Shown one piece after another: positions 25,801-35,929 of a stretch of 64,000 bases of DNA. The notes beneath the pieces are model-generated. The model was not told the origin of the DNA. It did no database searches and saw only the letters and a list, made by a program, of their open reading frames with translations. This DNA is from a virus. Numbering within the stretch: position 1 is the first letter of the stretch; each line of letters begins with the position of its first letter. The position numbers were made by a program, and so were the translations under genes. The stretch lies in the IMG/VR virus record IMGVR_UViG_3300042507_004023, one strand, 5' to 3'.

Positions 25801-28114
25801 TGGCAGACTGACCTGTTCCGTATTTCAGGTAAAGCGGAGCACCCGAAGCAGTATAGCCGTAAGAAACCGACCAAGCACCCTTTGCATCATATGTGAGACG
25901 AATCGTTGGATCTACGGCTTGTCCGCTTGTTCCTATAAAATTAAAATCATTCTTGGAATCGCCTGCTGTGAGTGATTTATTTCTGTAATTCCTTGCGGTT
26001 ATAAATCCAGTTTCTGTGTTTACTCCTAAGTTATGAGATGATACGAACGCACCGCTCGACAACTCCCAAGTAAACGATTTATCGCCACTTGCACCCTTAA
26101 CAACAAATCCTGCACCATCTAAATTTGTATCGTCAAAGTATTCTGTGGTAGCACCATCAAACGAGATTAGACTGAAAGTTGCTCCTGTTACTGAGACAAA
26201 TCTGATGAATCCGCCTGTTTGGAAATCTTCTGATCCACCAGCGGTAAACATTGAACCAACGCGAACTTGTGCTGTTAACCCGTTTACAGGGCCTGTAATC
26301 GACTTTACTACACCAATAACTTCTGCGGTAGTGCCTGGTGAATTTGCGTTATCATCATAGAACGCAGATGCACCCACAATTCCTATGGAATACAGTTGAA
26401 GAATGCTAGCCGATGGGCCTGTAATTGTAATCGTGCCAGCAGTTTGGTAAGCAATTTCAATTTGTTTATCTTCAATACGAAGATCGTTGGACGCAACAAA
26501 ACTTTGATTTCCACCTACCAATAAATTTCCGTTAATCAACACATTACCGTCAAGTTCAAGATTTGTGAACTCAAGTTTAGGTGGAAGCATGTGTCTAGCC
26601 TGAACGGATTTTGGTGTTCCGTTGTATACGGTAGACACATCGCTCATATCCTTGAAGATGAACAGATCGTTTCCTGTTACACCATTGAGTCCTGTTGAAG
26701 GTGGTAGTGTTCCAGGATCAACGAACATCTTGCCACGGAAATTACTTCCCGCTAGGGTTGTATTTTGATGCCCCCAAGTAATTCCAGGGCCATTCTTAAA
26801 TCCGATTCCGACAACACCATTATAATTGCAGTTACTCTTACCTGTTACTAGTTCAATACCTGTTAAACTAGCAACTTCATACATGTTTAGCGGATTAATC
26901 GCATCAATAATTTGGTTGGTTCTGTCATACCATGTGTGGAATGTGTCAGAAAGAACTAGACGCTGAATGCTGACAAGATCATTGCATCCTGCTCCTGTTC
27001 CACCTGCTCCTTGCAAAGGATCACAACATGTTGTGCAAGCACACCCAGGCCCTGTTGATCCTAAAGTTCCATCTGCGCCTGTTGCACCTGGAGGGCCGAC
27101 AACACTTCCCGCATTAATATTTGTTCCATCTGAAAGAACAAGAATCAGGTTGCCGTCAGGAACGGAAACATAAGCGTTTACAACCGATGAACCCGCAGAA
27201 CCAGAAATACCTGTAGCACCTGTCGGGCCTTGAACACCGGTGGTTCCTGGAGCACCAGTATTACCTGTTGGGCCTACTACAGTTCCTGCATCAATATTAA
27301 ATGTTATGCCGGTTCCATAGTCTTGAATTGTCAGATAAAGTTTATTTCCTGATACAATTGCTTGAACAATTGAACTACCGGTTATACCTCTAATACCTGT
27401 AGCACCTGTAGCACCTGTGGTTCCTTGAGCACCAGTAGCACCAGTAGAACCTGTGGCTCCAGTTGCGCCTGTTCCGCCTGCTACGCCTGTAGCACCCGTT
27501 GCGCCTGTAGAACCAGTTGCACCTCCATTATATCCAGGCTCTCCTGCTAAAGAGAACAACCAATCTGACGCTGGTGTTGAGGTATTAGCGTGATTACTCT
27601 TTAGATCTGGAATAAATGCAAAGTTTGCTTGTGTTGCGTTGGTGACAACACCTTCAATCCAAACCGTGGTTGGATTAGCCTCACTCTTAATTCTTATACG
27701 ACAACCAATTTCAAACGCCCAATACGAAGGACTGGGCGGAACTGTTGGTTTTAAAGAATACCCAACTCCTAGAGTTATAGTCGATATGGTGTGTGAGTCT
27801 GTGCTTTTTACACCACAATATCCACATCCCGTTGCGCCAGTAGCACCTGTTGCGCCAGTAGCACCTGTTGCACCTGTTGCACCTGTTGCACCTGTTGCGC
27901 CAGTAGCACCTGTTGCGCCAGTAGCACCTGTTGCACCTGTTGCGCCAGTAGCACCTGTTGCGCCTGTGGGGCCAGTTCCGCCGCCTGCGGTGTCAGTGCA
28001 GACATAAACGCCACCGCCAGTGTCTACACAATCGCAATCTGTGACACAACGATTATCGGTGCAGTTTGGGTAGCACGATTCGCAGTCTGTGCAATCAAAG
28101 GTCATTTCTGCCAT
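22883..28114 (-). CDS. 1743-aa fibre with Cys-rich N-terminus, (GAT)n collagen-like repeats and a tail-collar domain containing a Cys-rich insert
   Basis: (GAT)15; [13 protein letters not shown] motif; collar halves [24 protein letters not shown] and [13 protein letters not shown] ... [12 protein letters not shown]. Confidence 0.8.
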   Translation of the reverse strand: MAEMTFDCTDCESCYPNCTDNRCVTDCDCVDTGGGVYVCTDTAGGGTGPTGATGATGATGATGATGATGATGATGATGATGATGATGATGATGATGCGYCGVKSTDSHTISTITLGVGYSLKPTVPPSPSYWAFEIGCRIRIKSEANPTTVWIEGVVTNATQANFAFIPDLKSNHANTSTPASDWLFSLAGEPGYNGGATGSTGATGATGVAGGTGATGATGSTGATGAQGTTGATGATGIRGITGSSIVQAIVSGNKLYLTIQDYGTGITFNIDAGTVVGPTGNTGAPGTTGVQGPTGATGISGSAGSSVVNAYVSVPDGNLILVLSDGTNINAGSVVGPPGATGADGTLGSTGPGCACTTCCDPLQGAGGTGAGCNDLVSIQRLVLSDTFHTWYDRTNQIIDAINPLNMYEVASLTGIELVTGKSNCNYNGVVGIGFKNGPGITWGHQNTTLAGSNFRGKMFVDPGTLPPSTGLNGVTGNDLFIFKDMSDVSTVYNGTPKSVQARHMLPPKLEFTNLELDGNVLINGNLLVGGNQSFVASNDLRIEDKQIEIAYQTAGTITITGPSASILQLYSIGIVGASAFYDDNANSPGTTAEVIGVVKSITGPVNGLTAQVRVGSMFTAGGSEDFQTGGFIRFVSVTGATFSLISFDGATTEYFDDTNLDGAGFVVKGASGDKSFTWELSSGAFVSSHNLGVNTETGFITARNYRNKSLTAGDSKNDFNFIGTSGQAVDPTIRLTYDAKGAWSVSYGYTASGAPLYLKYGTGQSATEYTLSTIYGLTNGPFAFSTTVGGTANMFAKGFNADYLDGAGATTGYAYGGAAEPNEGNKGSTAYSIAISDYRGRINANWLDSDSNRIRVFQTNHGLTAGNVIIREVSIVQGATAAKYIKASPMSVDLADTLGIVTEVLNANEFLYTHSGLATIPVPGDVTPGIALMLGLSGGLTTDFGATFGDPYYIEKNVFIPVSLTGTPSNRFATGIVLTEPGMIVGGSASDEIYPRGLVPVGSVMSYTGLLNELTDEWLLCDGKKVRPGLYPELYNVIGTSDGRVDSQKYYADLKVLETRAQAFTDEDGNQAGSGGGKTLVDVYVKGGNRSLQAPPTASRNTSQGDLVKIVIFSKIINAVVAERDARVYSASGDYEVTLALREQINGNPVQSGYDRTQFITLLAQAGQQTEDFSIRLYGRHRTDSLSTWGTLLIPDLRNRTIFGAGSGITGFDNGSTMVLGDVLHTLDYKIEVNLASPTFFTTGSGVGDGRTSKGSGNVSTQIDVQPPIAELVPGTPETECGVCIPGFEDSGCGTADCVNPATDCVGQQCCACWQCVKNGCQGTVSGTNTCTGVSWSKTCTDCDLCRQGGTLCQECAAQGWVGSPPSDPFGQVDCAWMKDNICQPVQPPGCTGCGCCDASRPCYRIDGIFDCVGCSGCQGCTGCGATGTVRVYGDYLYPPAVVTYWIIRARPNVNALILTGHNHDERYVRHDIQPQKELHTDSGMTAQKRANARYNMQALSRETGDTHYSPVMNAGLTFAGMGKYRFFAGSATSQGAFVDLENPYGWGKLTVGGASGGMIDLVSPFPSNVGWTGQSYDLRLMGGYTTGAGSGDAAVVVAGVSKDLHLTVESLTGVHRYWGVYVAGGSGNSGGMVGIRTNNPTMSLEVRGSGIKIGPHMFAGNTTGAAPAWNTVPTQGMFYGGMFNSTGLTTINATINLNPQVFPETPSGVYTIDPGSGISIVSGKIVTVDAGFVWKIL
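27830..27964 (-). repeat. 15 tandem 9-bp units encoding Gly-Ala-Thr
   Basis: Units such as GGTGCTACT, GGCGCAACA and GGTGCAACA on the minus strand, 135 bp. Confidence 0.95.
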
Positions 28115-28338
28115 TATTGGGTATTCCTGTCAATTAGGCGGGCTAGTAAATTTTTAATCTCGGAAATTTCAGTCTTCAGGTTATTTATCTCATTTTTTAC
28201 AGAGTCTTCTTTCGCCTTGCGATTTTCTCGTTTTCTGTGGTATTCTTCAATCTCTGAACGATTAGTGAACAACAAGGCTCCACTTTCGGTGTCACGAACT
28301 ATGGGTTCATTTTTAACTTTTAATCGGTCGGGTGTCAT
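28114..28338 (-). CDS. Small conserved T4-like hypothetical protein
   Basis: [23 protein letters not shown] motif then a coiled coil; translationally coupled to both neighbours. Confidence 0.7.
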   Translation of the reverse strand: MTPDRLKVKNEPIVRDTESGALLFTNRSEIEEYHRKRENRKAKEDSVKNEINNLKTEISEIKNLLARLIDRNTQ

Positions 28339-31300
28339 GTGGCTATCACTCTCATGGATTGAACAACTGGAACCACATTACCTAGCGAAGAATACATCAC
28401 AAGTTTGACTGCAAAGGTTGAGAATTTATCTTTATCGGTCAACTCTAAGGTGTATCTGACTTCTTGGAATTCGCCTTCTGCCGTATTTGCATCGGTGGAA
28501 GCCGTCATCTTTTGATAACCACGAGTCTCAAAATAAGTGTTTGAATCCGACTCATCAGGCAGAGTTCTAGCAAACACTTCAATTGAAGATGGTGTAGGAT
28601 TGCTGATCGTTAAGAACACATCCAAACGAGTAGCCGGATAATCCAAGTTTACTTTCTTGCTAATATAGCGGGACTTCGATCTTACCGAAGAGTCAACGCT
28701 TCTATTATCCGAACTAATTTCGCCGTTATCGTTTTGAGAGCCAACCTTGTTGTTGTTTACCAAATTCTCAACAGAAACGATACAACCACGATCTATATCA
28801 ATCATCGGAGAAACATACTTGTTTTCTGTGCTCATGTAGCAGAACACAGAAGTAAATTTAGTGTTTGGATTCAAGTCGGTGGTATCTCTTCTATTGATAT
28901 TCTTGTTTAGAAGAACATCTGTAGCACCACTAGGCTTCATAATACCTTCTTCTTGCACAGTTACCGAAGTTCCTGGTGGAGTTACAGCAGGAATTTGGAA
29001 TCTTACAACCGCTGGATTTATGAGCGAAGACCCGTAATATGTGTTTGGAATGTTTGATAGTCGAAGAACCGAAGTTCCTGAAGTTTCAAATTCACAGATG
29101 TTTAGCGCAAACTTCAAATCTTCATTATCAATCTTGGTTAGTGTATTCTGACCTTGTGCAGAATACAGAGAACCAACACCAGGTTGATTGGTTGAAGAGT
29201 ATATCGGTGAACTTTCACTAGAGCGGTATAAAGTGTCTCCAATCTTGGCTGTATGCACCGAGAATTTATCGCTGCTTGTCTTCAGTGAGAAGCAGTATTC
29301 GTATCCTGGTGCGAGATACACAGGAGATGAGAATTTAAATTTGGTTCCCGAGTCTGTGGCATAATCGCTAACAGTTATTGAGTTTGAATAAACTGTTGAT
29401 GTTGCCAAAGGTAGAACTTTAGATGGGTGCGGATAGCCCCCGCTCATCGGTTTAATCGACATTGTAATTGGAACATTATAAGCCGAGTCAACCGTCTTAA
29501 ACCACAAAGAAACGCTGTTTGCAAACACCCCATAAGGATATAAAACAGGATCAATGTAGAAGGATTGTGATAGTGGATCAACCTTTCCAACACTTGATGC
29601 AGAATTTGAAGTGCTCTTCGTGAACACATTAGATTCTATGTTTGGTGAATTTACACTTACTCTGTAAGAAACTGGCTTACGAGTGCTAATTATACCTGCA
29701 TCAAAATCTTTGGATTCGTTACTGCCGTCAGCATTAAAGGTTTTATCTGCTGCGGTTGTGATTGCAGTTATATCGTTTGTGCTGCTATCGCACAAACGAA
29801 TTAGTTTAGCACCAGTCTTTACTTTACCAGTTTCGTTTAACAGTATTGCGTAATTGGTTGCGGTTGCCCCAACTCCAATTGAACCCGAAGGAGATGTGGT
29901 TATTGAAGCAGCCGTAGCACCTATATTGTAAACTCCTGCTGTAAATCCTGGAGTTACTTGGTAGATTGTTGATGGAGTTGTGCTGCCGTCAACAAACGCC
30001 CAAACTTTGGTTGAGGGTTTCAATTCTTCAGCAACAATAAGTGTGTAGATGTTTCTTGCGTAAAAATCTACATCCTTGTTTGCTTTACTTCCCAACTTCT
30101 TGTTAACAATTGATTCCGGTGTTATTGACTTTGGCGACAAGATGCCAGAGAATCTAGCAAAATTTGCATTTACCGACATTTCATCGTTTTGCTTGTTAGC
30201 CAAAGTTTGACTTGTTTCGTCTGTATATGCTTTACCGAACCAGTTTGTTTCCCAGTCATTCCATTGTGTTCCGAATCCTCCAATTTGACCGGGGCCTGTG
30301 CCTCCCTCAGCACCCAAACTTCCTCTTACAGAATACGACCAGTTATCATTTTCTCCCGAAACATTAACACGGACAGATGGAGACTGTGTATCTGCCATCC
30401 AGAAATCTGAATCAGGATAGGTTTTTAGTGAACCCATGAAATTAAAGATGCCGTATGGATTTACTTGACGAGAAGATGTTGCCAACGGTTGATTTACTCC
30501 AGCAACCTCATTCTTAATGCTGATAGTATAAATTCTATCAGCAGTAGGGCCCGGAAGTGCGGATGGCGAAATTAGAGAGGATGCTGGCAAACGAGTGTCG
30601 ATATCCACTCTATAAATTTTACTTCTAAATGCAGGACGAAGCACGGTAGTTTCAGGATCAATTGCCGCATTAAACATCTTACTTTTAACATCTGCAATAT
30701 TGTGACCACGGAAGGTGTCTACGAGAATTCCCTTCTTAGGAACAACATTACCGTCCACATCCTCTATAACAGTATTTTTTGCTTCTTGTTCTAGCAAATT
30801 CAAGGATGTGTAGTATTCTACCGCATCAATACGCTTCTCTAAAATGCCAATGTCTTCCATTGTGTAACGCTTGTTGTTTTGAATTCTTACCGAAACATCA
30901 TCCTTGGTGTTTGTGTAAGGAGAATAATTCAAAGTGTAAAGCGTCATTGCATTAGCATCATCTGGTGGTGTTGGAGCAGAAATATCAGCAATACCAGACA
31001 CCAACTTGAATTCTTTGTTTCTTGTTAGAACAATCTTATCTGTTCTAGGCAAGTATCTCTTAACATTCAAATAATTTACGCTGTTGTCTGACGGCAAAAT
31101 GTTTGGCATGAATGTGCCATCAGGCATTTTGTCTGGACGGAAATCTATCACATCAGAAAGTTTATAAGACTTTCCTGTATCTGGACTGCTGTATGATGGA
31201 ATTTGCTCTAGCGGCAAGTTGTAAGAATTTACAGTAAACGGAGCGGAGGTTGCTCCGGCTACAGGACGAGCAAAGTAAAGCATATTCACGGTTAGTCCTG

Positions 31301-33422
31301 AAGTTATTCCACCAGGAACTGAGCCTGCGGTGTAACCAGGTGCTAGCACCAACTTAGACCAATCGTAATAGTTGTCTCGCTGCCCCGTATCTAAAACAAA
31401 GTAATTACTTACATCTCCTGAAGCACTCGTAATACCAGACACACTTACAACATCAACATATTTGTTTAGGTAAACAAATTGTCTTCCATTAAATGTGGAG
31501 CCTGTTGGGCCAACTTCGTATTCAATTGGGCCTGTTACTGTTATTGCGGAAGAAGTTAAAGTTTTTGCTCGGTAAAGATAACTGCCACCTACTCCCTTTA
31601 GAGCAACTTCAAAGTTTACTGTTGCAGTTACCCCTGTTGGGCCGGCAGTTATGTAAAGAACTCCATATGTGCTGCTATCACCTTCAGCCAAAACATTGGA
31701 AACCGAATTGCCTGAAAGACTTATAACAGAGAGTGTGTTATCTGGCGAGTAAACTCCTGAAGCGTAATCAAAATACGCTTTTGCTGGATCCGCACCAAAA
31801 CCAATTGAACTTATAGAAATTTGAGCAGAACCTGTTGCACTAAATTCTACCTGTTTGCTCATTCTAACTTTATAGTCCACATCGCTTATATCATAGGTTC
31901 CAATTCCTGCGGTGTGTGGATACAGTAAAGTATTGGTAAAATCTTTTAGTTCTGATCCGCCTGTTGGAGAATAAGTTTCAAAGAGTTGTTCTCCTGTTCC
32001 AGTTTTACCAGGCACATAAATGCTCTTCGTGTCGGCAAACACGCTTGTTCCACTCATTGAAACATCAAACAAGTCTACACGCCAACGCTGACCTGTTGGG
32101 CCTCCCTTGAATTCAATACCTCTAACCTTCGCTGTTCCGATAGGAGCATATGCTCCTGTTGGTGATTTATTTGAACCGAGAATAACGGTTGGGATTCTGT
32201 TTAAGTTAAATCCTGTTAAGCCAAGGCTTGGGAAAGATGCGTTCGGATTTAGTTCTGCTAGAACATAAGGGCCAACAACGGAAGAGATGCGAGCATCTTC
32301 AAATTCTCGTGTGGCTCTAGCCTTAGGTAGATCAATTTTAGTTACGCCTTGTGTTTCAAATTCATAACCAAAAATATACGCTTTGCCTGCACCGATTTCG
32401 GCAACTAAGGTTGCTCCTGTTGCTCCATAAACTCCTTCGCTTATAGAGATTGAAAACGGATCAACAATATAGTTTCCAGATTCATCATAAGTTCTTCTCG
32501 CTAGTGTGTCTCCCAACACAGCATATGATGGATATTTTTCTTTCTTGATTGTTGTCCCATCAACAATTCTTATAAATTCAACGAAATCTCGTCTTGAAAA
32601 ATTATCTGTTGAAGAGGTGTTGGTTGGACTAAACTGATATTGCGTTATAGCCATTCCAATCTTATAACGATCTGCACCAGGAGCAGAATAGTTATAGAAT
32701 CCAAATGATGGATCCTTTAGAGTTTCATCTTCTTCACTAGTAATAAATTCACGACTTACATTAAATCCAACCCGTGATGTTGGATTATCGTAGAGACGAA
32801 CTTGAGATCCTGTAGATCCGGTTAGCGAATACGCACCAATTGTTTGCAAATCGTTTGCAACAAAGAATCCGTCAACATAACGAACTCCTGATCCGGCGTT
32901 GATAAGAATCGCATTACCTAAAGCGTAACCAGTCACTCCTCCTGAAGTTACTCCAGAGATAACCATAGAAACGCTGCTTCCGTTTGGAGCAGTTCCGCCT
33001 ACCGCTAATCCGTTTGAAAATGCTGTTCCGCCTGAGGTATACTCAAAGAATATGACAGGCATATTGTCTACCGTGCTTGACGACAGACCGCTTTCTGCGT
33101 GAACGATTTTAGCGTTTGCTCTGCCTGATACTGTTAAAACTGATCCGATAGTGTCGGTTATACTCAAAGTTCCCGTTAATCCGGTAACACGAGCATATTT
33201 TACACGGTTTTCAACAACCTCTCCACCTAAAACAATTGATCCTTCTTCAAAAATATTGTCTCCAAATTTCGAGATTTGATTCTGAAGAATGGATTGAAGT
33301 TGTGTGAGTTCACGAGCCTGAATTGCATATCCCGGTCTAAACAACATTCTAAGAAACTTTTTGTTCTGATCGTAATCATCGTAATAAGGATCAACATTAA
33401 AGATGGTTGGATCGTATGTCAT
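28335..33422 (-). CDS. Large virion structural protein (DUF4815-like)
   Basis: FNVDPYYDDYD...LFRPGYAIQARELTQLQSILQNQ, APGADRYKI, LARRTYDESGNY, GILVDTF, DPLSQSF motifs of this T4-like family. Confidence 0.85.
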   Translation of the reverse strand: MTYDPTIFNVDPYYDDYDQNKKFLRMLFRPGYAIQARELTQLQSILQNQISKFGDNIFEEGSIVLGGEVVENRVKYARVTGLTGTLSITDTIGSVLTVSGRANAKIVHAESGLSSSTVDNMPVIFFEYTSGGTAFSNGLAVGGTAPNGSSVSMVISGVTSGGVTGYALGNAILINAGSGVRYVDGFFVANDLQTIGAYSLTGSTGSQVRLYDNPTSRVGFNVSREFITSEEDETLKDPSFGFYNYSAPGADRYKIGMAITQYQFSPTNTSSTDNFSRRDFVEFIRIVDGTTIKKEKYPSYAVLGDTLARRTYDESGNYIVDPFSISISEGVYGATGATLVAEIGAGKAYIFGYEFETQGVTKIDLPKARATREFEDARISSVVGPYVLAELNPNASFPSLGLTGFNLNRIPTVILGSNKSPTGAYAPIGTAKVRGIEFKGGPTGQRWRVDLFDVSMSGTSVFADTKSIYVPGKTGTGEQLFETYSPTGGSELKDFTNTLLYPHTAGIGTYDISDVDYKVRMSKQVEFSATGSAQISISSIGFGADPAKAYFDYASGVYSPDNTLSVISLSGNSVSNVLAEGDSSTYGVLYITAGPTGVTATVNFEVALKGVGGSYLYRAKTLTSSAITVTGPIEYEVGPTGSTFNGRQFVYLNKYVDVVSVSGITSASGDVSNYFVLDTGQRDNYYDWSKLVLAPGYTAGSVPGGITSGLTVNMLYFARPVAGATSAPFTVNSYNLPLEQIPSYSSPDTGKSYKLSDVIDFRPDKMPDGTFMPNILPSDNSVNYLNVKRYLPRTDKIVLTRNKEFKLVSGIADISAPTPPDDANAMTLYTLNYSPYTNTKDDVSVRIQNNKRYTMEDIGILEKRIDAVEYYTSLNLLEQEAKNTVIEDVDGNVVPKKGILVDTFRGHNIADVKSKMFNAAIDPETTVLRPAFRSKIYRVDIDTRLPASSLISPSALPGPTADRIYTISIKNEVAGVNQPLATSSRQVNPYGIFNFMGSLKTYPDSDFWMADTQSPSVRVNVSGENDNWSYSVRGSLGAEGGTGPGQIGGFGTQWNDWETNWFGKAYTDETSQTLANKQNDEMSVNANFARFSGILSPKSITPESIVNKKLGSKANKDVDFYARNIYTLIVAEELKPSTKVWAFVDGSTTPSTIYQVTPGFTAGVYNIGATAASITTSPSGSIGVGATATNYAILLNETGKVKTGAKLIRLCDSSTNDITAITTAADKTFNADGSNESKDFDAGIISTRKPVSYRVSVNSPNIESNVFTKSTSNSASSVGKVDPLSQSFYIDPVLYPYGVFANSVSLWFKTVDSAYNVPITMSIKPMSGGYPHPSKVLPLATSTVYSNSITVSDYATDSGTKFKFSSPVYLAPGYEYCFSLKTSSDKFSVHTAKIGDTLYRSSESSPIYSSTNQPGVGSLYSAQGQNTLTKIDNEDLKFALNICEFETSGTSVLRLSNIPNTYYGSSLINPAVVRFQIPAVTPPGTSVTVQEEGIMKPSGATDVLLNKNINRRDTTDLNPNTKFTSVFCYMSTENKYVSPMIDIDRGCIVSVENLVNNNKVGSQNDNGEISSDNRSVDSSVRSKSRYISKKVNLDYPATRLDVFLTISNPTPSSIEVFARTLPDESDSNTYFETRGYQKMTASTDANTAEGEFQEVRYTLELTDKDKFSTFAVKLVMYSSLGNVVPVVQSMRVIAT

Positions 33423-33437
33423 ATGGTTTCCTTAGGC

Positions 33438-35912
33438 TCAGAACTGGAAGAGAACCTTGATTTCCTCTCTCTGTTCAATATTTCTCTTGATTGGTTGCGT
33501 ATTCTGTATGTAGATAAGTTCACCGGAGCGATACAGGAGTTCTTCTTCGTGAACCACCGAGTTTACGAGACAATTTGCGGAACTTGACGCAGAATCTTTA
33601 AATTCTATCTGTGTTCCTGTGAATGTTCCTTTGACACCTGAAAGTCTCAAGGTTCCTGTTGTTGCTCCCACAGGGGAGAAAGACCACTCAACAACAAGTC
33701 CAGTTCCTTGGGTGGTTGCTCCTGTTATTCCCCGAACAGCAAAATCACTCGGGAAAGAAATTGTGGAGAATGGTTTAGCCTCAGTTGTAACAACCGTTAA
33801 AGTTGTGGTTTGATCGTATACTGAAACAGATTCTCGTGTAATTTCTCCAATATCCACAACTTTCGCTGTGGCTGAAACTCCTGTCGGGCCACCCAAAGTT
33901 GGGCGCATGTAGTAATCAGATTCCACCAAGTATTCAAACCGAGTTGGATATTTTGTTGGATCTTCAACATATAGAGTTCCCAATGCATTATTGCCTGGAG
34001 CGGTTTCCCACTTATTGATTATTCCCGTGAAACGAGAATTTGAAATATTATTCTGTCTGTTACCGATAGAATTTACCCACAAGCCTGGACGGAAATCTGA
34101 GCCGTCCATTCGGAACTCTGCGCCCGAAGCACCTGAAGCAGGCGAAATCTTTAGACGAAGAATTTCGCGTCCTTCGGTTCCAGCAACTGTTCTGCGATTT
34201 ATATCCAAGATTGTAAAGTTTCCGCTACTTGCCGCTCCTGTTGAAGAAGAAACAATTCCTCCACAAACAAATGCTCCTGATGTTATCGACTCAACAACAA
34301 GTTCGGATGTTCCGTTGTAACCACTAACCCCATCATTCCAAGAAACTATTCTTGCCGTTGCTGCGCTTAACCCTGTAGCACCATCAGCACCAGTTTTACC
34401 TTGTATTAGTGTTGCTCCACCTATAAAAGATCCAGACAAGCCCCATTGCTCTAGTCTAAATCTGGTTTGAGGTTTCTTTAATAGTGGGTTTTTTATAATA
34501 CCAAATTGGCGGTAGTCATTATTAACAGATAGTTTTTTTCGTTCATCTTGACTAAAATCAATCACAACCATTAACGCGGCTGCGCCCAATTCTTTTATGG
34601 CATTACTTCCATGCCCGCCCGGAGGAGACAGAACAATATTTGCAACATCGTTAATGTTTCCTGTTCCTGTGAATCCTGCTGCAAAGGTTAATCCCTTTAC
34701 AGATATAAAATTTGCTCTACTATATCCAGCACCAGTGTCAACCATTTCGAACGAATCAATCAAGGTCTGATTGTAAATGTTCGTTAGATTGCAGTTATCT
34801 CTAGAAGAAGTTACACCAGGCCCAAATTTAACGGTAATATCTGCCTCTTTAAATTTGTTTAGGTATGTTTCTCGTGAATTGCCGTCGCCTTCTATTCTGA
34901 TGTTTGGAACAATCGAAAACTTGCTAGAGTTTGCAGACAAACCAACAGTTAGAGGCTCATCTAAAGTAATTGTTCCGTAGTTACCTATGGCGGTGTAATT
35001 GTAGGTTTTGATTACACGGCGTTGCCCTTCACCAGCACCAGAATCTACCGAGAAAACTAGATCGTTATAAAAGCCATTTAGACCAATCAGATAAGGACTG
35101 TAAATTCTTATTGATCCTGTATAACCATTTGAATAGTTTTGCGAAATTGAGTTAGCATTATTCGGAGTTACACAGTTTACGGCAGTTAGATACGGACGGT
35201 ATTCTGCTCGCAGTTCTGTGAAAGCAATTTCTCCATCAATTGCGCTTTGTTGAACATTCCATTGTAGTGATCGTTCTTCATCAACAAGACGAAGATAATC
35301 CACATATTCAACAGGAATATATCCCTGCACAACAACTCTTTGAAATGCTGCGGTTGAACTTGAAGTTTCATCATATACAGTCTTTGTGATAAACTTTCTT
35401 TTGCTCTCTGGAATCATATACATGAATTTCCAGCGATATCCATCAGAAAGTTTACGAATTTCGGGATCGGTGTGTGTTGGTGCAACCGTGGATACAGAGT
35501 TATAATAGTTGTCTATGCACTTATAGACTCGGGTTTCATCAACAACCACATAAAATCTAACCGGATTTATAGGATCAAATAGATCGGAGTCGTAACGATA
35601 CGGCTCGTAAACAGATCCCAATTTCCAATCAAATCTTGGTATCACTAAAGAGGCGTTATCTTGGGTTAGCCGCTTTACAGCAACAACATTTTCCCAAAAT
35701 TCAGTTTCTGTATCGTCCGTATCGTTTGACACCGGAACGGAACTAGCATATGAGCCTGATATTCCATCTGAAATTTCTTCAGTTTTCCAAGGGTTTACTC
35801 TACCTATACTCAAGAAATAATTGTTTTCCGATGAAATCGAAAGATCTGAAAGCACCTTTTCTGAAAGGTGTCTTCTAAAATTTTGGCGTATTGGGGAGCA
35901 GGATGATGACAT
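33438..35912 (-). CDS. gp8: Baseplate wedge subunit gp8 (extended)
   Basis: IPRFDWKLGSVYEPY, FYVVVDETRVYKCIDN, STVAPTH, DGYRWKFMY, SPPGGHGSNAIKELGA, SGELIYIQN..PIKR..EQREEIK. Confidence 0.88.
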   Translation of the reverse strand: MSSSCSPIRQNFRRHLSEKVLSDLSISSENNYFLSIGRVNPWKTEEISDGISGSYASSVPVSNDTDDTETEFWENVVAVKRLTQDNASLVIPRFDWKLGSVYEPYRYDSDLFDPINPVRFYVVVDETRVYKCIDNYYNSVSTVAPTHTDPEIRKLSDGYRWKFMYMIPESKRKFITKTVYDETSSSTAAFQRVVVQGYIPVEYVDYLRLVDEERSLQWNVQQSAIDGEIAFTELRAEYRPYLTAVNCVTPNNANSISQNYSNGYTGSIRIYSPYLIGLNGFYNDLVFSVDSGAGEGQRRVIKTYNYTAIGNYGTITLDEPLTVGLSANSSKFSIVPNIRIEGDGNSRETYLNKFKEADITVKFGPGVTSSRDNCNLTNIYNQTLIDSFEMVDTGAGYSRANFISVKGLTFAAGFTGTGNINDVANIVLSPPGGHGSNAIKELGAAALMVVIDFSQDERKKLSVNNDYRQFGIIKNPLLKKPQTRFRLEQWGLSGSFIGGATLIQGKTGADGATGLSAATARIVSWNDGVSGYNGTSELVVESITSGAFVCGGIVSSSTGAASSGNFTILDINRRTVAGTEGREILRLKISPASGASGAEFRMDGSDFRPGLWVNSIGNRQNNISNSRFTGIINKWETAPGNNALGTLYVEDPTKYPTRFEYLVESDYYMRPTLGGPTGVSATAKVVDIGEITRESVSVYDQTTTLTVVTTEAKPFSTISFPSDFAVRGITGATTQGTGLVVEWSFSPVGATTGTLRLSGVKGTFTGTQIEFKDSASSSANCLVNSVVHEEELLYRSGELIYIQNTQPIKRNIEQREEIKVLFQF

Positions 35913-35921
35913 ATTACCTAT

Positions 35922-35929
35922 TATCTATA
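35922..35929 (-). promoter_or_regulatory. Late promoter variant TATAGATA upstream of gp8
   Basis: Reverse complement TATCTATA at 35922-35929, between the gp7 stop and the gp8 start. Confidence 0.4.

Noticed and set aside
27830-27964. CRISPR array or replication iterons
   Set aside because: Contiguous 9-bp units without spacers, in frame within a CDS.
27639-28014. (PVA)n and (AQQV)n ORFs over the GAT repeat
   Set aside because: Frame shadows of the 9-bp repeat.
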